Assembly: GCF_026626685.1 (NCBI RefSeq)
Contig: NZ_JAPNJX010000021.1
Span: forward strand, 1 to 41,328
Source of the DNA: Nannocystis sp. SCPEA4
Lineage (GTDB): Bacteria; Myxococcota_A; Polyangia; Nannocystales; Nannocystaceae
DNA length: 41,328 nucleotides
Direction: 5' to 3'
A program made the translations under genes and the position numbers. Positions 1-11,623 of the stretch are shown piece after piece. Below the pieces are notes generated by a model. The model ran no database searches. It saw nothing but the letters and a program-made list of their open reading frames with translations, and was not told where the DNA came from. Each line of letters opens with the position of its first letter. Within the stretch, counting starts at the first letter, position 1.

Positions 1-299
1 TCGGTGATCGGGCTCGACTCGTGGCCGGCGAGCAGCTTGAACTCCTTGCTCACGCACAGCTTGAGCATCGTGCTGGCGAGGTAGCCGCCGGACACCGGCT
101 TCATCGGCACGCCGAACAGGTCGGGCAGGACCACCGTGAAGCCCGCGTCGGCGACCAGGTTGGCGAACGTGACCACCGCGTCGTGGATGCCGGGCACCTC
201 GGTGATGACGATGACCCCCGGGCCTCGGCCGCGTCGATAGACCGTCTTGGTGACGCCTTCGTGGGTGAACTCCGATGCGCTGTAGCCCTGGATCGACAT
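1..299 (-). CDS. dienelactone hydrolase family protein (partial; C-terminus off the window)
   Basis: The reverse strand translates as MSIQGYSASEFTHEGVTKTVYRRGRGPGVIVITEVPGIHDAVVTFANLVADAGFTVVLPDLFG..., which looks like the N-terminus of the DLH fold. ATG at about 299. It runs off the window edge, so it is absent from the ORF track. Confidence 0.55.
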   Translation of the reverse strand, partial: MSIQGYSASEFTHEGVTKTVYRRGRGPGVIVITEVPGIHDAVVTFANLVADAGFTVVLPDLFGVPMKPVSGGYLASTMLKLCVSKEFKLLAGHESSPIT

Positions 300-376
300 C
301 GGCGCCGAGTGTATCAGCCTTCCGGCCGGGGCGAGCTTGTCAAATCGCGCAGAGGCGTGCGAGGCTCGGCGCCGCC

Positions 377-739
377 GTGTCCTACGAGCTCTTCCTGGTC
401 CTCCACATCTTCGGCATCGTCCTCCTCTTTATGGGCCTCGGCGGCCTCGCGTTCCACGGCATCGCCGGCGGCACGCGTGACACCAACCCGGCGCGCGGCC
501 TCGTCGCGGGCACCCACGGTATCGGAACGCTGCTCATCGTCGTCGCCGGATTCGGCATGCTCGGCGTGAAGTACGGCGGCGCCATGCCGGGCTGGGTCCA
601 CCCCAAGTTGCTCGCGTGGATCTGTCTCGCCGCCGCCCCGGCGCTGGTCGCTCGCAAGCCCGGCGCCGGCCGCGTCCTGTGGTTCGTCGCACCGCTGCTC
701 GCCCTCGTCGCCGCCTACTTCGGCCTCAATCACAAGTAG
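377..739 (+). CDS. small polytopic membrane protein, hypothetical
   Basis: In-frame GTG at 377 inside ORF 275..739. About 4 hydrophobic helices (LFLVLHIFGIVLLFMGLGG, GIGTLLIVVAGFGMLGV, LLAWICLAAAPALV, VLWFVAPLLALVAAYF). High GC3. Confidence 0.4.
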   Translation: MSYELFLVLHIFGIVLLFMGLGGLAFHGIAGGTRDTNPARGLVAGTHGIGTLLIVVAGFGMLGVKYGGAMPGWVHPKLLAWICLAAAPALVARKPGAGRVLWFVAPLLALVAAYFGLNHK

Positions 740-2309
740 CGTCCTGCTGGAACCAGCGCGCCGCGTAAGCCTGCAGCGCGTCGATCCGACGCAGCGGCGC
801 GCGCACTGCCACGTGACCATCGGGCCTGAGCAGCACGAGTTCAGGCGCGCGCACTCTCCACCCGCGGACCATCGCGCCCGAAGGATCGCCGAGCGTGTCC
901 GCGTCGCCTGTACCCAGGACCAGGTCGCGAACCACCAGCGATCGTCCCCAGCGCTCCGCCAGCTCCCGACCCGCGATCGACAGCGCCTGCGAGCGCGACG
1001 ATCCGTGCATCAGCAAGAGCGTCATCTTCGGCGAGCTCGCCACCAGCGCGTGCAACGACACCGTAGCGTCCCCCTCGCGAAGCATCGCCGCGGGCGCACG
1101 ATCGCCGGCCCGTGGCGACGCACGCGGCCAGCTGCGCGCGTCGACCACCGGCCCCGTCTCGCGATACGACACGCCCTGCTGCGACATGCGCCGGACCAGT
1201 CGCGCCTGCAGCGACCTGAACCGCAGCACTGTGGCGACCGCCAGCTTGCGCAGCGACATCGTCCGGCGACTCGTCGCGCCGCGGAACAGCCTGTCCGTCA
1301 TCTCGAGCGTCCGCTTCGCCACCGCGTGGCGCTCCGCGTCGTAGCTCGCCAGCAGCTCCAGACGCGCCGCGCCGCGAGCCACCATCGCCAGCTTCCACGC
1401 CAGGTTGAAGGCGTCCTGGATCCCCGTGTTCATCCCCTGGCCGCCCGCGGGGCTGTGGATGTGCGCCGCATCGCCGGCGAGGAACACCGAGCCCACGGCC
1501 ATCCGCGGCACCATGCGGTGATGCAGGCGGAACCGCAGGATCCACTCCGGGTCGTGCAGCACGGCCCCTGGCACCAGCTCGTCGGCGAGCCGCTGAAACA
1601 TCTCCAGCGTCGGTTCGGGCGCGTGCCCGTCGCCGCCCATGACGATGATGCGGTAGCGATCGCGCGGCAGCGGGGCGAACACGCACAGCCCCGCGGGCCG
1701 CAGGAACGCGCAGCCGAGGCCCGGCGGCCGGTCCCAGGTAATTTTCAGATCTGCCTGATCGAACATGTCCTCATAGGCCGAACCTTCGAACGGTAAGCCG
1801 AGCCCGTGCCGCACCGCGCTGTGGGCTCCGTCGCAACCCACCAGCCAGCGCGCCGTCACCGTCTCCTCGCGTCCGTCGTCGCCGCCGATCGTCGCCACCA
1901 CCTGCGCGCCCTCGTCGCGGAACGACAGCAGCTTGCGCCCGCGCTCGACCGCGCCGCCGAGCCGCAACAGGTGGTCCTGCAGCAGCCGCTCCGTCGTGCT
2001 CTGGTCGAGGAACAGCGGCCGCGGCACCGCCGGTCCGAGCTGCTCGAGGTCGAGCTGCCCGAGCAACTCCTTCTCGAAGTACACCTGCACCGCCGCCAGC
2101 GCCTGGCCCTCGGCCTCGACCGCCGCGCGCAGGCCCATCGCCTCGAACACCTCGCGCGTGCGCGCATGCACCACCAGCGCCTTCGAGTGCTCGGTCGTGC
2201 GCGGCGCGGGATCGATCACCCGCACGCGCAACCCGAACCGCCGCAGCTCGCACGCCATCGTCAAGCCCGTGGGCCCTGCTCCAGCCACCAGCACATCGAT
2301 CGACTCCAT
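726..2309 (-). CDS. FAD-dependent aromatic-ring monooxygenase (class A flavoprotein hydroxylase, PheA/TfdB-like)
   Basis: N-terminal dinucleotide-binding motif DVLVAGAGPTGLTMA. DG and GD(A/x)AH motifs (VGCDGAHSAVR; FLAGDAAHIHSPAGGQGMNTGIQDAFNLAWKL). Start taken at MESID (ATG 2309) rather than the ORF-track 2336. Confidence 0.8.
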   Translation of the reverse strand: MESIDVLVAGAGPTGLTMACELRRFGLRVRVIDPAPRTTEHSKALVVHARTREVFEAMGLRAAVEAEGQALAAVQVYFEKELLGQLDLEQLGPAVPRPLFLDQSTTERLLQDHLLRLGGAVERGRKLLSFRDEGAQVVATIGGDDGREETVTARWLVGCDGAHSAVRHGLGLPFEGSAYEDMFDQADLKITWDRPPGLGCAFLRPAGLCVFAPLPRDRYRIIVMGGDGHAPEPTLEMFQRLADELVPGAVLHDPEWILRFRLHHRMVPRMAVGSVFLAGDAAHIHSPAGGQGMNTGIQDAFNLAWKLAMVARGAARLELLASYDAERHAVAKRTLEMTDRLFRGATSRRTMSLRKLAVATVLRFRSLQARLVRRMSQQGVSYRETGPVVDARSWPRASPRAGDRAPAAMLREGDATVSLHALVASSPKMTLLLMHGSSRSQALSIAGRELAERWGRSLVVRDLVLGTGDADTLGDPSGAMVRGWRVRAPELVLLRPDGHVAVRAPLRRIDALQAYAARWFQQDATCD

Positions 2310-2322
2310 CGCTCCGCTCCTG

Positions 2323-2382
2323 AAGTGAGTGCTCACTCACCGTGCCACGCGACCCGCCATCTTGCAAGTGAGTGCTCACTCA
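2323..2382. promoter_or_regulatory. twin palindromic operator AAGTGAGTGCTCACTCA (x2) in the divergent monooxygenase/TetR promoter
   Basis: Two identical 17-bp copies, 2323-2339 and 2366-2382, 43 bp centre-to-centre. Each is an inverted repeat AGTGAG-TG-CTCACT. They lie between the two divergent start codons (2309 and 2401). Confidence 0.55.
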
Positions 2383-2400
2383 GGCCATGATTCGCGGGCC

Positions 2401-3024
2401 ATGGCCACGCGCGAAGACGAACAAGCCCCGGTGCGCGGCGTCGAGCGCATCGTCCGCGCGGCGATCGAGGTGATCGCCGAGCGCGGCTTTCGAGGCGCCG
2501 CGACCAGCGAGATCGCCCGGCGAGCCGGCGTCGCCGAGGGCACGATCTTCCGTCACTTCAAGACCAAGCAGTTGCTGCTCGACCACATCCTCGAGCCGTT
2601 CGTCGAGCGGGTGCTGGCGCCGATCGCCTTCCGCGACGTGCACCGCCTGATCGACAGCGACTACCCCGAGTTCGCCGACTTCCTGCGGGTGTTCGCGCGC
2701 AACCGCCTCGAGGTCGCGCGCGAGAACCTGCCGGCGCTGCGGATCTTCCTGCAGGAGGTCCCGCTCAGCCCCGAGCTGCGGGCGATGGTGTTCCGCCACA
2801 TCGGCCGCCACCTCGTCCCGGAGCTGCTCGCGGTCATCCGCAAGTACCAGGCGCGCGGACAAGTCCGCGACGATCCGCCCGAGACCGTCCTGCGGATCCT
2901 CATGAGCGCCGTCGGCGGCTACATCATCACGCGCCTGGCGATCCTGCCCGAATACCCGTGGAACGACGACCTCGAGCTCGAGCGCACGATTCGCGTCGTC
3001 ACGCGCGGCCTGGCCCCCGACTGA
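2401..3024 (+). CDS. TetR/AcrR family transcriptional regulator
   Basis: N-terminal HTH typical of TetR ([41 protein letters not shown]). Start at ATG 2401 (MATRED...), downstream of the operator pair. Confidence 0.8.
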   Translation: [207 protein letters not shown]

Positions 3025-3065
3025 CCTGTCCTTTCGACCAGCCTCCGAACCGGTGCTACCTTTCA
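3021..3065. repeat. CTGTCC/GGACA-family repeat copy (intergenic, TetR to M3 peptidase)
   Basis: cctgtcctttcgaccagcctccgaaccgg... is nearly identical to the copy at 32819-32845 (cctgtcctttcagcctggcgaaccacgg). Confidence 0.45.
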
Positions 3066-3069
3066 GCCC

Positions 3070-4776
3070 GTGTTCGGCTCGCTCCCCCTGCCGCCGCGGC
3101 GCTACCTGCCCGCCAGCGTGCGCCTCGATCGGCTCGCCGACCTCGAGGCCTGCTACGGCGAGCTCGGGGCGCGGCCGCTGCCGGCCGACGATCCGTGGAT
3201 CCTCGAGCAGTGGCTGCGCGACTGGTCCGAGCTCGAGAGTCACCTGTCCGAAGCGCAGGCCCGGCGGCAGATCGCCAGCAGCTGCAGCGCCGACGATCTC
3301 GAGGCCGCGCGGGCCTGGCTGGTCCACGTCGACGTCCTCGGGCCCGCATGCAAGCCGCTGCGTCACGCGCTCGCGCGGCGCCTGGTCGAGCACCCCGCGG
3401 CCGCGCGCCTGCCTCCAGGCCACGCCTGCGCCCTCGCCGTCCTGCGCAACCGCGTCGATCTGTGGCGCCCCGGCCTCGCCCCGCTCGAGGTCGCCGAGCA
3501 GCACCTTTGCGCCGAGTACGGTCGGCTGCGCGCCGGCATGCAGGCCGCGTGGGACGGCGCCGACGCGCCGCTGACCCACGTCGAGCGCAGCGAGGACGAC
3601 CTCGATCGCGGCCGCCGCGAGACCGCCTGGCGCACCGTCGCCGCCAGCTTCCGCGCCGCCAAGCCCGAGCTCGATCACCTGTTCGACCGCCTGCTCGCCA
3701 ACCGTCGGGCCCAGGCCGCGGCCGCCGAGCTGCCTGACTATCGCGCCTATCGCTTTCGCCGCCTCGACCGCCTCGCCTACGGCCCGCGCGAGTGCCTCGC
3801 GCTGCACGACGCCATCGCCGCCGAGTTCGTCCCGCTCGCCGGCCGCGTCCTCCGCCGCCGCGCCGCCGCGCTCGGCCTGCCCGCCCTGCGCCCGTGGGAC
3901 CTCGCCGTCATGCCCGGCGGTCCCCTCGCCTCCTTCACCCGCGAGGAGCAGCTCATCGCCGGCTGCACCCGGGCCTTCGAGGCCGTCGATCCCGAGCTCG
4001 CGCGGCAGTTCTCCGTCCTCGCCGAACATGGCCTTTTGGACCTGATGTCAAGGCCAGGCAAGGCCCCCGGCGCCTTCCAGGTCCACCTCGACGCCAGTGG
4101 CCTCCCGTTCGTGTTCGCCGGCGCCGTCGGCCGCCACGAGGACCTGCTCACCGTCTTGCACGAGGCCGGCCACGCCTTTCACGCCCTCGCCTGCGCCGCC
4201 GACCCGCTGATCTGGAACCGCGGCCCGCCGATCGAGTTCTGCGAGGTCGCCAGCATGGGCATGGAGCTCCTGGGCGGGCGCCACCTCGGCGCCTTCTACG
4301 ACGCCGACGCCTGCACCTGCGCCGCGCGCCACCAGCTCGAGCAGCTCGTGCTGTTCCTGCCGCACGCCGCCGCGATCGACGCCTTCCAGCACTGGGTCTA
4401 CACCCGGCCCGAGCAGGCCCGCGACCCGCAGGCCCGCGACGCCGCCTGGCTCGCGCAGCACCGCCGCCTGTGCCCCGGCGTCGACTGGAGCGGCCTCGAC
4501 GACGACCGCGCCGCGCTGTGGCAGCGCCGCCTGCACGTGTTCGAGCTCCCCTTCTATTACATCGAGTACGCGATCGCCGGCCTCGGCGCCGTCCAGCTGC
4601 ACCGCCGCGCCCTCGCCGAGCCCGCGGCCGCCGTCGCCGACCTCCGCCGCGCCCTCGCGCTCGGCGCCCGCGCTCGCCTGCCCGACCTGTTCGCCGCCGC
4701 CGGCCTGCACTTCGGGACAGATCGCAGCAGCGTCCGCCGGGCCGCCGACGCCTGCCGCGAGCTCCTCGACCTCTGA
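3070..4776 (+). CDS. M3 family oligoendopeptidase (PepF-like)
   Basis: HEXXH zinc motif (VLHEAGHAFHAL). GKAPGAF motif typical of M3B. 568 aa. Confidence 0.8.
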   Translation: MFGSLPLPPRRYLPASVRLDRLADLEACYGELGARPLPADDPWILEQWLRDWSELESHLSEAQARRQIASSCSADDLEAARAWLVHVDVLGPACKPLRHALARRLVEHPAAARLPPGHACALAVLRNRVDLWRPGLAPLEVAEQHLCAEYGRLRAGMQAAWDGADAPLTHVERSEDDLDRGRRETAWRTVAASFRAAKPELDHLFDRLLANRRAQAAAAELPDYRAYRFRRLDRLAYGPRECLALHDAIAAEFVPLAGRVLRRRAAALGLPALRPWDLAVMPGGPLASFTREEQLIAGCTRAFEAVDPELARQFSVLAEHGLLDLMSRPGKAPGAFQVHLDASGLPFVFAGAVGRHEDLLTVLHEAGHAFHALACAADPLIWNRGPPIEFCEVASMGMELLGGRHLGAFYDADACTCAARHQLEQLVLFLPHAAAIDAFQHWVYTRPEQARDPQARDAAWLAQHRRLCPGVDWSGLDDDRAALWQRRLHVFELPFYYIEYAIAGLGAVQLHRRALAEPAAAVADLRRALALGARARLPDLFAAAGLHFGTDRSSVRRAADACRELLDL

Positions 4777-4796
4777 CACAGCCGCGACCGACGCGT

Positions 4797-4856
4797 CCCA
4801 TGTCTTTTTGAACATGCTCGAAAGGGCATGTCCAAAACAACATGACCTTCGAGCTC
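4797..4856. repeat. 4 x 14-bp phased CATG-core tandem array (CCATGTCTTTTTGA / ACATGCTCGAAAGG / GCATGTCCAAAACA / ACATGACCTTCGAG)
   Basis: CATG at 4799, 4813, 4827 and 4841, so exact 14-bp spacing. Low GC. It forms the bogus N-terminus of ORF 4808..7012. Confidence 0.6.
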
Positions 4857-5194
4857 AGCGGACCCCGCCCGCGCTCCGACCCCATCATCGGCTGACCCTC
4901 GCCGAGCCGGCGAACTTGTCCGCGCGCCCCACTCTCACGGACAATTCGGCCCCGTCCCCGCGAGAAGTCACGGTCCTCATCGCGCCTCTCACCCGCCAGC
5001 CCCGACGTCCTGACCCGCTGTCGCTCCCCGCCCTCGCACGCCCGCTCGCCCGCACCGATTCGCGTCCGGCGGCCGCGCCTCGACCTCGCAGGTGCTCCGG
5101 GTCATGTCTCCGGGGACAGCCGGAGATCGCCGCCGCGCGCGCCCGGTCGGCCCCTCTTGCGCCGCTCGCCCGCGCTCGCGCATCCTCTTCGCCC

Positions 5195-7012
5195 ATGTCG
5201 CCCCGCGTCTCGTGGCTCCTCCTCGCCCTCGCGCTCGCCTGTCGGCCCGATCCTGCGTCGCGGTCGCCCGAGTCCGCCCCAGCACCGGAGGCGGCGGCCC
5301 GGACCGCCTGGCGCGACCCTCCGCCCGTCGAGCTCGAGCGTCTGCGCGGCCACCTCGCTTTCCTCGCCGACGATGCCCAGGAGGGCCGCCCGCCCGGCAC
5401 ACCGGCCGACGCCCGGGTCGAGGATCACATCGAGCAGGCGTTCCGCGCGCTCGGCCTGCAACCTGGCTTCGGGGACAGCTACCGTCAGCAGTTCGAGTTC
5501 ACCAACGGCGTCGCCCTGCGCTCCGGCGAGCAGAGCGCCCTCGACGTCGGCGGCAAGCCGATCGCCCACACCCTCGTCCCGTTCGCCGCCGCCACCGCGG
5601 CCCCCGTGACCGCCCCGCTCGTCTACGTCGGCCACGGGATCCCCGGCGACAGCCCCGACAGCGGCGACTACGCCAAGATCCTCGCCAAGGTGAAGGGCGC
5701 GATCGTCGTCGCGCGCAGCGGCTCGCCCGCCGATCCGCACCTCGATCCGGCCAAGACGCGCGTCCAGTCGAAGGTCATCGCCGCCCGCGATCGCGGCGCT
5801 GTCGGCTTCATCCTCTGGGAGCCCGACGCTGTCGTCCCCTACCCCAACCACGGCGAGGCCAACGACCTCCAGCTGCCCGCCGTCACCGTCTCGGCCGCCG
5901 GCACGCCCGACCTGCTCAAGGCGTTCGGCAAGAAGGGTCCCGTCACGCCCACCAACCTCCACGGCGGTCTCGTGCCCGGCGCCACCAGCAAGGCCAGGGC
6001 CGCGCTGCACAGCCCGATCCAGCGCGTCACCGCCACCACCGCCAACGTCGCCGGCCTGCTCAAAGGGACAGGTTCCAGGCGCATCGTCCTCGGCGCGCAC
6101 ATGGACCACCTCGGGCGCGGCAACAACTCCTCGCTCGCGCCCGGCGTCGACGCCATCCACAACGGCGCCGACGACAACGCCTCCGGTGTCGCCGCCCTGC
6201 TCGGTGTCGCCGCCGCCCTCGCCCAGCTCCCGGCCGAGGCGCGCCCGTTCGACCTCCAGTTCGTCGCCTTCGCCGCCGAGGAGATGGGGCTGCTCGGCAG
6301 CAAGCGCGTCGTCGAGTCGCTCTCGCCCGAGGCGAAGCGGGACATCGTCGCCATGCTCAACTTCGACATGGTCGGGCGCGTGCGCGACAACACCGTCGTC
6401 GTCGTCGGTACCGGCACCAGCAGCGCCTGGCCCGGCCTGCTCGAGCGGGTCAAGGCCGACCCGCGGGACCCCGCGCGGACCCTCACCATCAAGCCGAGCG
6501 AGGACGGCTTCGGCGCCTCCGACCAGGCCAGTTACTACGCCGCCGACATCCCCGTCCTCCACTTCTTCAGCGGCGCGCACGACGACTACCACCGGCCGAC
6601 CGACGACTTCGACAAGATCAACCTCGACGGCGCCGCCGCGATCGCCGACCTCAGCGTCCGCCTGGTCGGCGTGCTCCTGCGCGAGCAGCCGGCCCTCGAC
6701 TTCAAGAAGGTCGCGGCCGCCGCTCCGCGCGGCGGTGGCTTCCGCGTCTCGCTCGGCACCGTCCCCGACTACGCCGCCAACGCCGACGGCATGAAGCTCG
6801 CAGGCGTCCGTCCGCAGAGCCCCGCCGAAGCCGCCGGGATGCGCGCCGGCGACGTCATCGTCAAGATCGGTGCCCGCGAGATCCACAACATCGACGACTA
6901 CATGGCCAGCTTCGGCGAGCTGCAGCCGGGCGTCGCCGTCCCGATCGTCGTCGAGCGCGAGGGCGCCAGGGTCGAGCTGACGATCACCCCGGCGGCTCCG
7001 ACGCGGCGCTGA
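5195..7012 (+). CDS. M28 family peptidase lipoprotein with PA domain and C-terminal PDZ domain
   Basis: Lipobox signal peptide [17 protein letters not shown]28 motifs ([38 protein letters not shown]). C-terminal PDZ-like segment ([28 protein letters not shown]). Start ATG 5195 chosen because the upstream ORF extension is repeat sequence. Confidence 0.8.
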   Translation: MSPRVSWLLLALALACRPDPASRSPESAPAPEAAARTAWRDPPPVELERLRGHLAFLADDAQEGRPPGTPADARVEDHIEQAFRALGLQPGFGDSYRQQFEFTNGVALRSGEQSALDVGGKPIAHTLVPFAAATAAPVTAPLVYVGHGIPGDSPDSGDYAKILAKVKGAIVVARSGSPADPHLDPAKTRVQSKVIAARDRGAVGFILWEPDAVVPYPNHGEANDLQLPAVTVSAAGTPDLLKAFGKKGPVTPTNLHGGLVPGATSKARAALHSPIQRVTATTANVAGLLKGTGSRRIVLGAHMDHLGRGNNSSLAPGVDAIHNGADDNASGVAALLGVAAALAQLPAEARPFDLQFVAFAAEEMGLLGSKRVVESLSPEAKRDIVAMLNFDMVGRVRDNTVVVVGTGTSSAWPGLLERVKADPRDPARTLTIKPSEDGFGASDQASYYAADIPVLHFFSGAHDDYHRPTDDFDKINLDGAAAIADLSVRLVGVLLREQPALDFKKVAAAAPRGGGFRVSLGTVPDYAANADGMKLAGVRPQSPAEAAGMRAGDVIVKIGAREIHNIDDYMASFGELQPGVAVPIVVEREGARVELTITPAAPTRR

Positions 7013-7169
7013 CATTCCGGGCGATTGCCCGAGCGCGTTTTCGCGCATTCCTGCCGGACGTGCGACCGGCGGCGAAATCAGCGTTCATGTGCTGCCTCGC
7101 CGCCGTTGCTCCCATGCCCACGCGGCTGGTATATGCAGCGCGGACCTCCTAGGGGGAAAGATCTCGCAC

Positions 7170-8134
7170 ATGTCACGTCGCAACAAGATCACGATCGTGG
7201 GCGCCGGCAACGTCGGAGCGACGGCCGCGCACTGGGCCGCGCAGAAGCACCTGGGCGACATCGTCCTCGTCGACATTGTCCAGGGCGTACCGCAGGGCAA
7301 GGCGCTCGACCTCGCCGAGGCCGCGCCGGTCATGGGTTTCGACCTCAAGATCGTCGGCACCAACGGCTACGACGAGACGGCCGACAGCGATGTCGTCGTG
7401 ATCACCGCCGGGGTCCCGCGCAAGAAGGACCCGGTCACCGGCAAGTTCACCAGCCGCGACGAGCTCGTCGAGATCAACCGCAAGATCGTCGGCGGCGTCA
7501 CCCGCGAGATCGCCAGCCGTTCGCCGAACGCGGTGCTGATCTGCGTCAGCAACCCGCTCGACGCCATGTGCCACGTCATGTACGCCGAGTCGGGCTTCCC
7601 CAAGGAGCGCGTGATCGGCATGGCCGGCGTGCTCGACACGGCGCGCTACAAGTACTTCATCTCCGAGGCGCTGAACGTCAGCGTCGACGACATCCACGGC
7701 ATGGTGCTGGGCGGCCACGGCGACACCATGGTCCCGCTGCCGAGCCACACCTCGGTGGCCGGCATCCCGCTGACCGAGCTGCTGCCGCAGGACAAGATCG
7801 ACGCGATCATCCAGCGCACGCGCGGCGGCGGCGGCGAGATCGTCGGCCTGCTCGGCTACTCCGGCTACTACGCGCCGGCGGCGGCCTCGGTGGCGATGGT
7901 CGAGGCGATCGTCCGCGACCGCAAGCGCGTGCTCCCGTGCGCCGCCCTGCTGGCGGGCGAGTACGGCTACCGCGACCTCTTCATCGGCGTCCCGTGCGTC
8001 ATCGGCAAGGGCGGCGTCGAGAAGGTCATCGAGATGAAGCTCGGCGACAAGGAGAAGGGCATGCTCGAGGTCTCGGCCAACGCCGTGCGCGAGCTGGTGG
8101 CCCTCCTGCCCTACGGGAAAGGCCAGGCGACCTG

Positions 8135-8135
<1 letters not shown>
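7170..8135 (+). CDS. mdh: malate dehydrogenase (LDH-like family)
   Basis: [15 protein letters not shown] Rossmann motif. Conserved MDH core. Shine-Dalgarno-like AGGGGGAAAG 10 nt upstream of ATG 7170. Confidence 0.9.
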
Positions 8136-10224
<2,089 letters not shown>

Positions 10225-10245
10225 TCGCTCACCGCTTGCGATTGC

Positions 10246-10290
10246 GGGCCCGTGATGTCCTGAGGGACATCCGGGCCCGTCTCGTTTTTC
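10246..10290 (+). terminator. rho-independent terminator of the mdh-sucCD operon
   Basis: GGGCCCGTGATGTCC-TGAG-GGACATCCGGGCCC stem (14 bp, one bulged A) followed by GTCTCGTTTTTCG. 22 nt after the sucD stop. Confidence 0.75.
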
Positions 10291-10408
10291 GCGTCTTCAC
10301 GTCTCGTCGCGCGCGGACTTGCACTCGGAGCGACGTTCCGAAGCGAAGGACGAGCGACGCTCGCGCAACGCGCTTGCAATCGCGCACCAGGCGGCCTACC
10401 GTTCGGAT

Positions 10409-11503
10409 ATGCGCAGATTGGGATGGATGCTGGCGCTCGCGGCCTGCACGCCGACGGACAACATGATGACCACCGCCTCGCCGATGTCGACCACCAGCTC
10501 GACGACCGACGACGGCGGCACCGGGATCCAGACCGTCACCGGCCATCCCACCAGCAACACCGACAGCAACATCACCGCCGATCCCACCGACACCGGCGTC
10601 ACCTCGCAGGGTCCCACGAGCGAGCCCACCACCTCCACGACCGAGCCTGTCGGCGAGTGCGGCAACGGCGTGCAAGAGGGCGCCGAGGAGTGCGACGACG
10701 GCAACGACAACGACCTCGACAGCTGCACCTCGCTGTGTCGTCCGCCGGCCTGCGGCGACGGCATCATCCACGAGGGCGAGGACTGCGACGACGGCAACGA
10801 CATCAGCACCGACAGCTGCACCGAGCTGTGCCTGCTCCCGGTGTGCGGTGACGGCTGGGCCCAGGCCGGCGAGGACTGCGACGACGGCAACGACAGCGAG
10901 GTCGACGGCTGCCTCAGCGGCTGCGTCGCCGCCGCCTGCGGCGACGGCCAGATCTGGGACGGCGTCGAGGTCTGCGACGACGGCTTCAACGACAACGCCT
11001 ACAACGGCTGCGCCCCCGGCTGCGAGGATATCGGCCCGCACTGCGGCGACGGCGAGGTGTACAAGGTCGACATCAACAAGCCCAAGGGCTTCGAGTACTG
11101 CGACGGCGAGGCGCCGTACACGGGCGTCGGCTGCACCGACAAGTGCGTCTACGACTTCTCGCAGGTCCCGCAGATGTTCTGCGCCGGCAGCTGCTCGTGG
11201 GGCGGCGCCTCGGGCTGCGACAAGGCCGACGCCGACGTGTACTGCAAGCTGAAGACCGGCAACCCGGCCTCGACGTCGACCTCGTTCACCCTCGCGGCGC
11301 CGACCGACGCCGGCGGCTTCCCGTGCTCCAACCTCGCCGTGCCGATCGAGCTCGCGGGCGTCGACCCGCGGATCGACCTCGGCCCGCTCAACGATTACGG
11401 CGTCAGCAAGACGGTCTACTACCAGGTGACCAAGATCAAGACCTCGCACGGCGGCAACGCGAGCGCGACCATCGTCGGCTCGACGCTGAAGTGCTCGCCG
11501 TAG
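10409..11503 (+). CDS. secreted lipoprotein with four tandem Myxococcus cysteine-rich repeats (CGxG...ECDDGN...DxC...C, TIGR02232-like)
   Basis: Lipobox MRRLGWMLALAAC. Ser/Thr-rich linker. Four ~36-aa CGDG/ECDDGN repeats (nt ~10658-11060). C-terminal Cys-rich domain. Confidence 0.75.
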   Translation: MRRLGWMLALAACTPTDNMMTTASPMSTTSSTTDDGGTGIQTVTGHPTSNTDSNITADPTDTGVTSQGPTSEPTTSTTEPVGECGNGVQEGAEECDDGNDNDLDSCTSLCRPPACGDGIIHEGEDCDDGNDISTDSCTELCLLPVCGDGWAQAGEDCDDGNDSEVDGCLSGCVAAACGDGQIWDGVEVCDDGFNDNAYNGCAPGCEDIGPHCGDGEVYKVDINKPKGFEYCDGEAPYTGVGCTDKCVYDFSQVPQMFCAGSCSWGGASGCDKADADVYCKLKTGNPASTSTSFTLAAPTDAGGFPCSNLAVPIELAGVDPRIDLGPLNDYGVSKTVYYQVTKIKTSHGGNASATIVGSTLKCSP

Positions 11504-11623
11504 CCGCCCCCCGGCGCGCGTTCCGGACCTCCTGGGTCTGGGCCGCGCAGAACCTCGCTCGCCGCGGCTTCTCGCGTGCGACTTGCTTCAGGACCCGAGC
11601 CGTCTGAGACTTCTTTGAGCCGG

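Noticed and set aside
2380-4029. 549-aa minus-strand ORF
   Set aside because: Antisense to the M3 peptidase gene. It has extreme Ala/Gly/Arg/Glu composition with no motif, a typical GC-rich shadow ORF.
4808-5194. N-terminal 129-codon extension of the M28 ORF (MNMLERACPKQHD...)
   Set aside because: Begins inside the 4 x 14-bp repeat array, is low-complexity, and precedes a good lipoprotein signal peptide at ATG 5195.
5092-7152. 686-aa + ORF and the 648-aa minus ORF (5102..7048)
   Set aside because: Alternative frame and antisense of the M28 peptidase. Arg/Pro/Gly-rich, low-complexity translations, whereas the chosen frame has clear M28/PA/PDZ motifs.
10229-11449. 406-aa minus ORF
   Set aside because: Antisense to the Cys-repeat lipoprotein. 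Its repeats are just the reverse-frame image of the CGDG repeats.
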